A DNA stretch of 64,000 nucleotides from the human T2T-CHM13v2.0 reference genome, Homo sapiens, in assembly GCF_009914755.1 (NCBI RefSeq), contig NC_060947.1. The stretch is one strand, 5' to 3'. The notes below the pieces were generated by a model. The model ran no database searches and was not told the DNA's origin. It was given only the letters and a program-made list of their open reading frames with translations. Shown in pieces: positions 36,779 to 48,294 of the stretch (positions are counted from its first letter, which is position 1; each line of letters opens with the position of its first letter). The position numbers and the translations under genes were made by a program.

Positions 36779-37300
36779 TGATGGGGTTCAGGACATGCTA
36801 CCTCGGCAAATATGCCGAGGCACATGGCACCTTGGCATTTGAGAAAAAGGCAGAAGCAGGAAGGTCTCTCTGACCTTCTTCCATCATTCTCCCCGGAGGC
36901 AGGTCATAACACCTAGGAAGGTCATTCTCTGACCTTCTCCCTTCCTCCTTCCCTATAGACTCGCATGTGACAGGTGTCCTGCCCTATACCCAGAGGAAAG
37001 GAGTGTCACATAAGGATGAAGAATAAAAATCGGAACAAACAAATCTTGCTATTATAAGTTCCCCCCAGTTTATTACCATTAGATCATATCCTTTTGTCCT
37101 CCAGTCACAGTTCTACATGACTGTCCATAAAAATAGTTTTTCCTGTTTCTTTGGATCATTTCTGAAGGCTCCATGTCTCCTGAAGCTTTCATTAAATAAA
37201 TTTGTGTGCTTTTCTCTTGTTAATCTGTCTTTTGTTATAGAGGTCTCAGCCATGAACTTTGAGATAGGCAAGTACAAGATCCTTCTTTTTCTTTCCTACT
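36779..37300 (+). mobile_element. ERV1 solo LTR (MER34/MER39-like)
   Basis: TGATGGGGTTCAGGACATGCTACC...GGCACCTTGGCATTTGAGAAAA; AATAAATTTGTGTGCTTTTCTCTTGTTAATCTGTC near the 3' end. Confidence 0.7.
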
Positions 37301-37370
37301 CTCCCCAGGTAATTCTGAAACATAGCCAGAGTTTAGAACCAGTGAGCAATGATTCAAACAAAAGCTTTTA

Positions 37371-37904
<534 letters not shown>

Positions 37905-38221
37905 TTATAATAATCATGCAAACATATGAAAATGAATTTTAAAATTGCAATTAAATAAGTGATATTCTGTAAGAACCGTGACTTATCAAAAACACAATGA
38001 ATAAGCTAATAACCAAGTAAGCAGTGAAAAAAATTACCAAAGAATTGCCCCAATAAAGTCTCCAACCAGGATGATTTACTAATGAATTTGTTCCAACTTT
38101 CAAGGAAAAGAAAATTACCAAATTATATAACTCTCCAGGATACCAAAAATGATGGAAAGCTACAAAGGTGAATTCCTATGCCTAATAGACGTACCATGAA
38201 AAAAAAGTAACTGTAAAACAA

Positions 38222-38339
38222 TAGTTCTCACCCTGGCTACACATTAGAATCACCTATAGAGCTTTTAAAAATCCTGATGCATTGGCCACACTGTCCACCA
38301 CCAGCCCCCCAACCCCCGCCACAGACATCCACCATCCCC

Positions 38340-38383
<44 letters not shown>

Positions 38384-38472
38384 TCAGATTCTCTCAGGGT
38401 GGGCCTAGGCATCAGTAATTTTTAAAGCTCCCCAAGTGATTACAAACTGCAAGCCAAGGTTGAGAACTACTG
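38222..38472. mobile_element. MER5A-like hAT element containing a (CA)n microsatellite (~38343-38379)
   Basis: TAGTTCTCACCCTGGCTACACATTAGAATCACC ... GCCAAGGTTGAGAACTACTG; CA repeat inside. Confidence 0.8.
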
Positions 38473-39239
38473 CTACAGAACAATTTCACTACTTATGATT
38501 TACAGAAGATCCTAAGTAAAATACAAGCAAACAGAATTTAATAGTCTGTAACAGTTACAAGCCACCTACACAAAAAAAAAAACAGCATTTTACTCACAGA
38601 TGCCAACATGTTTCCCAATTAGGAAATATGAGCAAATATATAATGATCTCACACCATTTCCTACCACATACATTTTTAAATGCAAGGGTAGTTCCTTAAC
38701 AAGATTACAAAAAGATCTGCTTTAAAACAACAGCCTAAATATCTAACATAATACTTAATTAAACTATGTGCCTACCAAAATCAGGAATAGAACAATAATG
38801 CCCCTACTAGCATCATTATTTAATATTGTTTTTAAAAGCTCTGGACAACGTAGAAAGATATGAAGTAAAAATATTAGCAAGAAAGAGACAAAAATTATCA
38901 TTATGGGTAGATAAAATAATGACCTAGGCAAAGGCTGAAAAACTAACAAAGATTTCAGTACAACCATACCTGAATTTAAAATATTCTTATGTGTTAGCAA
39001 TAACCAGCTAGACCATACAATGGGGGGAAAGTATGTTCATAATACAAAATTACAAAATACTTAAAAATAGTTTTAATAAAAACTCTGTGACCCAGATAAA
39101 ACTCTAAAAATATTTACTAGAAGATATATTAATAGAAGAGCTTGACTAAAAGGATAGGCGAAGTATATTCTGGATAAGCAGACTAAAATAACTTTTCAAG
39201 TGGGTATTTCAATGTCATTCTGGAGGGACTTAGAATTAT

Positions 39240-39563
<324 letters not shown>

Positions 39564-40621
39564 TAGTTCAGCCTATTAAAGATAGTTGTAAAATTTAAGT
39601 GTAATGAAGGAAATCTAGCTCTCCCAGACTTTATACCTTAATATAATAGTTCATTTATTAAAGTAGTACAATACCACAGTAACAAGAGACATAGTAGGTG
39701 TAAAAGAACAGATGCCCTGGAAATAGACTCTGTTAACAGGAATTTAACACATAATGAAAGAGGAGTCACATATCAATAAGCAAAAAAAGTACCAACTTGG
39801 AAAAGCATCAGTGTATAGCCTCCTTCCTGTAAAATCCAACCCAAATATCAGATGAAGTATTGGCTTAAATATAATAAATCAATTCCTTTCACCTTCCAAA
39901 AAAATAAATATGTGTCAAGCCTCAGAAGGAGGAATGACATTGCAGGCTTGGGAGAAAAAGAGAAAGAAAACATTTTTAAAAATTAAGATTTAACTACATA
40001 AGTTATAACTCCGATATACTAAAATATAAACAAAAACATGCTAACAAAACATTTTAGAAAATATGGCTAAACTTTAATTTTATAAAAATGTTTAATTTTT
40101 TAAAGACCCTAAAAGAGAAATGGGAAAACAGCATAAACAAAATTCATGAGAGGGTCAACAAATAAAAAGAAGTTCACTCTAAGAAACTGTCAGATTAAGT
40201 GCAAATTAAAATAACAACGAGGCATAGGGTTTATGTGTGTGTTTCTCCTATTAAATGGACCACTCATTACGGATGAGATTTTAAGTTAGTACAATTTTCT
40301 GCGGCAATGTAATGTTATGAGGAACCAATTTAAAATTCCTACCTCCTCTCAGGAACTCCATTTCCCCGCACGTAGTCCAAAGAAACAACCCAAAATACAG
40401 AAGAAACTTGTATGTGCAAAGATGTTCTTTGCAGCTTTTTATCATAGAAAAAAAAAGGTAGAATAAGGGGACCTGAAAAGTTAACAAAAAGGGAAGGGCT
40501 TGGTGAATTACGGCACATCTACGTTCTCCATGGAGTATTATAAAGGCACCAGCATGATATTTTTGAAAAACATGAGGCAATAAGAAAAATACTGAGGCTA
40601 TACAGTAATGTTAAGTGACTA

Positions 40622-41029
<408 letters not shown>

Positions 41030-41444
41030 TTATATACCACAGTCATAACTATGTTTTTTAAAACTATGTTTTTAAACTATGCTCTAAAAACCATGACTAC
41101 GCTTTTGGAAGAAACTGAGGGTGGAGGGGAGGAACAAAAAGCATGTAATGGCTGCAGCTCGGGTAGACACGTGGCTGGGCAGTGAGAAGAGGCGTGGTAA
41201 AGGAGGGGCTGGATGGCCGTGGGGAGGTGAGTGTTGCTCTTAGATGGAGCGGGCTGCTGGCCTGACCCAGGCTGGCAGGCGAGGTGATGGGGGCTGGGCA
41301 GGCTTCCCGACTCGGCTTCTACAGTATGTTCTGCCCTGTCCTCCAGCTGGCCGTTGGGGATCAGGGCATCTAGGCCAGAAGCCCACCCAGGGGCACCCTG
41401 TGTCTGATCCCTAAGGTGTCTTGTAGTCATTTCATGGACTCTGA

Positions 41445-41794
<350 letters not shown>

Positions 41795-41803
41795 GATCGG
41801 AAG

Positions 41804-42092
41804 CACTTTGACTCCCCGGAAGCACTTTGACTCCACGGAAGTACCTTTTTTTTTTTTTTTTTACATCCGGGAAGTTGCACAGCGCAAAATCAGACCATTT
41901 GGGACAGTCTTAGGAGTGCGTTCCGGGCTCGGACGCCATACCAGGCCACTTTGACTCCCCGGAAACACTTTGACTCCACGGAAGTACCTTTTTTTTTTTT
42001 TTTTTTTTACATCCGGGAAGTTGCACAGCGCAAAATCAGACCATTTGGGACAGTCTTAGGAGTACGTTCCGGGCTCGGACGCCATACCAGGC
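41804..42092. repeat. Near-perfect tandem duplication of a 143/146-bp unit
   Basis: Copies 41804-41946 and 41947-42092 differ by 2 substitutions and T-tract length (T17 vs T20). Confidence 0.95.
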
Positions 42093-42281
42093 CTGGATCC
42101 TTAGGACTTCTCCAGAGCACTTTGAAATAATTGTGGAAGGGCTTTGGCATCTCTAGAACACCGAGAACTGTGATAGACAGTTGAAAAAAGGAGGCGCCGG
42201 AGTGGCGTGAGGGCCCTCCAGCTCTGGGGCCCGTCGGCACGCAGAAAAGTACCACCGGAGCGGCACTTAGGTAGGATCCCC

Positions 42282-42365
42282 CAGCAAACACAGGTGCCCC
42301 GCAGAGCTCAGTAACGTGGTTTGCAGCAAACACAGGTGCCCCGCGGAGCTCAGTAACGTGGTTTG
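42282..42365. repeat. 42-bp tandem duplication
   Basis: CAGCAAACACAGGTGCCCCGC(A/G)GAGCTCAGTAACGTGGTTTG x2, one mismatch. Confidence 0.95.
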
Positions 42366-42600
42366 GAAGGGGAGAGAGGCCCCAAAGGCCTGAAAGGCCT
42401 AAAGGCTACTTTGTGGCCTGCACACCGTGTTTTTCTCAAGGTTCATCCTGCCACAGAAATTCTTTCTCCTCCTTCTCCTCCCATTCCTCAGCCACTGGCC
42501 TGATTAGGGCCGGCTCCAAAGACTGCCTCATTTGGAGCATTTGGAGTTCCTTTCGTCCTTGTGATCCCCAGTGCACTCTGCCAGCCCCGTTTTTAAAGAA

Positions 42601-44559
42601 ATGGCTTCTCTGGAGGAGGGTATCTACAGCCTTAAAATTAATTCCAAACGTAGCTCCTATAATTCCATGAACCCTCAATTTACAGCTGGAAGTGAGGGTC
42701 AAAATGAAACTGAGGAACCAAACAAGTTCCAGAGCAGGAAGGGTAGACCTCAAGATAGTGGCTCTTCATTGTCTCTGAGTGTTCTCCAGGAGATCCTGGG
42801 AGATGACATTCCAAAAGTAAAGGAAGAGGCTGTCATTAGTTCACAATCAGACCTAGGAGAGTGTCCCTACTGTGGAGAAAGACCAGCCAGGAATGCCACT
42901 ATCTTTGCTCCTCAAAAAGAGAAAGAGTCAGCCCCAGAAATGAGCAGCTCCTGTGACAAGAGGGTGACTGTTAATCCTCCTGAGAAATTCAGTGAGGGGC
43001 GACCTAAAACACAAAATACACTCATTTGTGAAAAATGCTCTCAGCCTTCAAATTTTCTGGATGACTATAACCCCCATGTAATAATCCAAAAGCGACTTAG
43101 CAACCAAAGTAGAGTCATTTGTGAAAAAAGCTCTCCACCTTTAAATGTTCCGGATAACTATAACTCCCATTCAGTAATTCAAAAGCACAAAGAAAAGATG
43201 GCAATTGAGCGCCCCTCTTCAGGGAGTGACTGGTCTGATGTAGGTGGAACCACAGTCATATTCTCTGAAGAGAAGCCATTCTCACTGTGTCTTCCTGTAG
43301 TGTCAGAGCCTCCATACTACGCCACTGACTACACCACTTTTCCACCTCATTATAGTCCTTGGCATGACTACACCAGCTCTTGGTTCAGCAGTACCAAGTC
43401 TTCTTGCTATCCCTCCTTGGGCAGCAGCAGTAACACATTGCAGGCTGGGAAGAGCAGCTGTAGCAGCAGCAGCAGAAGCAACAACAACATATTCCAGGGT
43501 GAGAGGAGCAGCCACCAGAGCTTCCTGAGTGATTATTCCACCAGTTTTCCAGTGAGCTCCGAAAACACATCCAGAGATCTGAAGATGACAGAGGAAGGCA
43601 GATCCAAGAATTCTTCCTTATTTTACTACTCCAGAAATGTGGAAGCAGAGGCGAAGGAGGAGAGAGTATATCAAGAGGAGACATTAGGACATCCTTATGG
43701 AGGACGTGCATCTAGCTTTCCGCCAAGGACCATCTGGCAGCCAGAGCAACCGGGTTTCATTGATACCCACTGTCATTTAGACTTGCTATATTCCAGGCTG
43801 CCTTTCAAAGGCACCTTTACCAAATTCAGAAAAATTTATAGCAACACCTTCCCCAAGGAGTTTCAGGGCTGCATTTCTTGCTTCTGCAATCCTCAAAACC
43901 TAAGTGATAACCTGTGGGAGGATCAGTTGAAAGATGATCTGGTTTGGGGGGTCTTTGGCTGTCGCCCTCATTTTGCCCATTATTATAACAACTATCAAGA
44001 AAGAAGTATTTTAAAAGCCTTACGACACCCCAAGGCTGTGGCATTCGGCGAAATGGGCTTGGATTACTCCAGTAAGTGCACCACGCATATCCCAGAGCAG
44101 CAGAAAGTATTTAAGAGACTGCTGCGGCTGGCCGTCTCTCTAAAGAAGCCCATGATGATCCACTGCCGAGAAGCCGATGAAGACCTACTGCACATCTTGA
44201 AAAATTACGTGCCCTCTGACCACAAGATACATCGCCATTGCTTCACTGGGAGTTACTCAGTCATCGAGCCCCTGTTGAACCACTTTCCCAACCTGTATGT
44301 GGGCTTCACGGCAATTCTGACTTACTCTTCTGCTGGGCAAGCCCGAGAAACTGTGAGAAAGATCCCGCTAGAGAGAATTATTGTAGAAACCGATGCTCCC
44401 TTCTTCCTCCCTCGCTGGGTTCCCAAAAGCTATTGCCAGTATGCCCACCCAGGCCTGGCCCTGCATACTGTGCGAGAGATTGCCAGAATCAAAGGTGTGT
44501 CGCTCTCCCACACCTTGACCGTCTTGCGGGAGAACACCCATCGCCTCTACCATCTTTAA
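42601..44559 (+). CDS. TATDN2P1: Intact 652-aa TATDN2-like protein: Ser-rich disordered N-terminus plus C-terminal TatD metallo-nuclease domain (~43753-44556)
   Basis: Single uninterrupted ORF from ATG 42601 (gaaATGG; in-frame TGA upstream at 42562) to TAA; TatD motifs [32 protein letters not shown] present. Confidence 0.85.
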   Translation: MASLEEGIYSLKINSKRSSYNSMNPQFTAGSEGQNETEEPNKFQSRKGRPQDSGSSLSLSVLQEILGDDIPKVKEEAVISSQSDLGECPYCGERPARNATIFAPQKEKESAPEMSSSCDKRVTVNPPEKFSEGRPKTQNTLICEKCSQPSNFLDDYNPHVIIQKRLSNQSRVICEKSSPPLNVPDNYNSHSVIQKHKEKMAIERPSSGSDWSDVGGTTVIFSEEKPFSLCLPVVSEPPYYATDYTTFPPHYSPWHDYTSSWFSSTKSSCYPSLGSSSNTLQAGKSSCSSSSRSNNNIFQGERSSHQSFLSDYSTSFPVSSENTSRDLKMTEEGRSKNSSLFYYSRNVEAEAKEERVYQEETLGHPYGGRASSFPPRTIWQPEQPGFIDTHCHLDLLYSRLPFKGTFTKFRKIYSNTFPKEFQGCISCFCNPQNLSDNLWEDQLKDDLVWGVFGCRPHFAHYYNNYQERSILKALRHPKAVAFGEMGLDYSSKCTTHIPEQQKVFKRLLRLAVSLKKPMMIHCREADEDLLHILKNYVPSDHKIHRHCFTGSYSVIEPLLNHFPNLYVGFTAILTYSSAGQARETVRKIPLERIIVETDAPFFLPRWVPKSYCQYAHPGLALHTVREIARIKGVSLSHTLTVLRENTHRLYHL

Positions 44560-44927
44560 ACAGAAAAGGCACAGTCAGGAGTCTTCCCAAGAAAGGAGAC
44601 CGGTAGCCTAACAAAACATACAGACTAGATTTGAACTCTGCGTATGTCCTGGGTCAAGGATGTGTTTGAAGAATTCGTTGGAACGGAGTAAACTAGGACA
44701 GGATATTTTCCTCAAAACCTTTTCGTAAGACTTCTGTTTCTGGCTGGTAGGGTGGGGTACAATGGGATGGCAGGAGGGTTAAGGTAAACTGCCCTTGATG
44801 TTATTAAGGTTTTTCTTCCCAGCAAAAATGCCTTAAGGTAGCCAGTAAAGAAGACAGCTTGATAGAATACAAAGAGTTTCCCAATCTAAATCCCTGTCCT
44901 CTGCAGCCTGCTTTTGATCGCTTGGTG

Positions 44928-44933
44928 AATAAA
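44928..44933 (+). terminator. Polyadenylation signal of the retrocopy
   Basis: AATAAA ~370 nt after the stop codon and 21 nt before a short A run. Confidence 0.6.
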
Positions 44934-45028
44934 GTCACCCTCCTACTTGTCTTTAAAAAAATGTAGAATTTTAAAAGTGAGGTAGGTGATTTGTGTATTA
45001 TATTTGTATATTATAGGAATTCTATTTA

Positions 45029-45510
<482 letters not shown>

Positions 45511-47953
45511 ATTTTTTAAATAAAAAATGTAAGTATACACTCAACAAGGTAAGCAAGATATACACACAATGAGTTTTCCTTTCAAAAAAAATTTTTCTAT
45601 CAAAAAAATTTTTTTTAATTTTAGATGAGAAAACTACTTTTCCAACCTGCTCCTCTCTCCCTGCATTTCTGTGTGGCAAATGCAAGTATTATACTCTGCA
45701 GTGTTTCTAACATGCAGGAGAGAACCTTGTTGCAATTCACCTTTATTTCTTTAGGAAGGGGAGTGAGCAATGTAGTTCTGAGTGTAGTATATCAAGAGTG
45801 GCCTAAATCAAAAAGCACAACCTTCATTTACTTATTCCATGAGTGAGGTAAAGAACAGTTCACTTACTCATGTTACTAGTAAAATCTTGCAATGCAAATG
45901 TGCAAAATTTGGGACACTTAGTAAATAGTTTGCTACTTAAGTGATAGATATTCCATTGAACCTCGAAGAATTATTATTTAGCATTTATTTTTCTGGCATT
46001 TGGTGTGTCTACTCTCCCATCCTGGAGGCATCAGAGAGCTGTGAAAGTAGCCAGTAATCTAGAAATTCAATTTACTCTTAGTGGTCCCTGGGCCATTAGT
46101 CCAGAGTCACAGAGCCTCTCAAGGCCCATTAACAGGCTCCCTGAACCTTGGCAGTCCTTTCAGGGCATGTCAACATTTCGCTTCACTTAAATTTTAGAAA
46201 GGCAGCTATTTCTACCTTTAAAGCTCAAAAGAAACAAACTGCCCACTTTGTCTTGGGAGACAGAGGGATTTGCTTTTTCAGTTGGTTTTTATTCATATCT
46301 AACTTCAAAATTCATACCTGCTTATTAAAAATTTTTGAGACAAGCAAAAAAATAAACGTGATTTTTTAAAAACCCAAACAAAATAAAAGCAACAGAAGGA
46401 AAAATGCACATGGTAAAATTGATTTTTTAAAAATCAATAGAAGAGTCAAATATTTACAAAATCTGGATATACAAAATTTGACTTAGGAAAATTGATTTTG
46501 GTAGAAATGTGATCATCAAAAAAAACTCAGATTGTCAAAAGCCATGATGGACAGCATTCATATAGACAAAAATTAATGAACCAAATGTTTCCAGTAAAAT
46601 TTATTGTAGAAAAAAAATCTATTGAAAATATTTCTTAATAGGAAAATATGGTAACAGTTTACCCGCATGGAAAAATTGTTCAAAGAATTAAAGTAGCTTG
46701 TAGTGGGGAAAAAAGTAAAAAGTAAAAATTAAAAAAAAAAACACACAAAGAGGGAGTAAAATAGCCCATAATGCTACCCACTTAGAGACAATCACTAACA
46801 TTTGGAGTAGCTCTTTGGCAGTTTTCTCTAATATTTCCATATATTGGCCAATTCCAGCATTGTACTTAAGTCAATTTTGCTAATTAATACTATTCACTTC
46901 ATAGTTAGCATAGCTATACATTTTACTTTCTCTGAGTTTATGATTTAAATACATTGTTTTCTGTATTTTTTGTTTAGGTTTAATTCTGTTTGTTTTAAAT
47001 ACTCAACTCAGACGGCATGTGCTTTTTCAAAACTATTGTTTACTGATACAAAAAATTGTGCTTTGAAATTTATTTTTCTTTTTGTTCTCTGATGTCTGTT
47101 TTATTGTGTATTTTTTAATGTCTTAAGCTAAATGCTTAGTTTATTTTTAATTTGGAGAGCAATAACAAAGCAGTCAATACTACAAATGTGTCTGTAATTA
47201 TAACTCTGCTGTATACATAGATTTAATTTGATAAAGTTTACACACTATAAAAATACAAACGTATTACAAAAATATGGAAATAGAGAGTAGCAGGAAAAAG
47301 TATATGGCATTTCTATTACCTAGAACCCCACTGTTGTTGATGTCTTTCCTTGACATAGTTGTGACCATATAGCCTGTTAAATTGCATATTCTTCTAAATA
47401 ATTCATATTTTTTTTCTATCCCTATCTTGGATTTGGGGCTCATTTTATGATTGTTATTCTTTTATCTTTCAATAAATACTCAAAATGTTTATGTTATGTT
47501 TTGAATTTTATTTATATTTCACGACCTATTATATATGTTTCTTTCTACTACTCACCACTAATCATTTTATTTCATGACCTCCCCATGGTTGAACTGTTTA
47601 ATTTGCTTTATCTCTTAATTGACTAGCAATTAAGCAACTTTTTCAGGAAAAGTATGTGGATAGCATATTAGTGATAAATTATATAACTGAGATCTTACTG
47701 CTGTTTTCACTAATGATAACACCTTGGCTGAGTTTAGATTTTCTGAGTCACATTTTCCCCTAAAAGTTATAGACATGGCTTCATTGTCTTCTGGCATTTA
47801 GTATTGCTGAGAATTCCAATGTCAACTTTGCCTTTGAGGGTTAAATTACTTTTTCTATCCTGATGCTTGGTAATTTCCTTGCTTTATCCTTGAAAATTTG
47901 TCAGGGTAGATCTAATTATTGATCTCTTTTTTATTTTCTCTGGTACAGAATAA

Positions 47954-48294
<341 letters not shown>

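Larger units (their letters stand above)
41795..42365 (+). promoter_or_regulatory. CpG-rich promoter/5' leader candidate of the TATDN2 retrocopy, with repeated ETS (CGGAAG) motifs
   Basis: Locally high CpG density; multiple CGGAAG/CCGGAA/TTCCGG sites; lies directly upstream of the long ORF; no expression data available. Confidence 0.6.
42361..44961 (+). pseudogene. TATDN2P1: Processed (intronless) TATDN2 retrocopy, minimal extent; nested antisense in an EFHC2 intron
   Basis: TATDN2-like peptide continues upstream of the main ORF in shifted frames (PKGLKG; VACTPCFSQGSSCHRN...SKDCLIW); no introns in the CDS; AATAAA 44928-44933 then an A7 remnant 44955-44961; symbol recalled, not looked up. Confidence 0.8.

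Noticed and set aside
42571-42600. ORF-track start giving a 662-aa protein ([10 protein letters not shown]...)
   Set aside because: The codon at 42571 is GTG; the first ATG, in strong Kozak context and matching the parental MASLEE, is at 42601.
43303-44606. Overlapping alternative-frame and antisense ORFs (43303-43515, 43385-43711, 43826-44044, 44238-44606, 44368-44553)
   Set aside because: Shadows of the TatD ORF and its AGC repeats; no recognisable domains.
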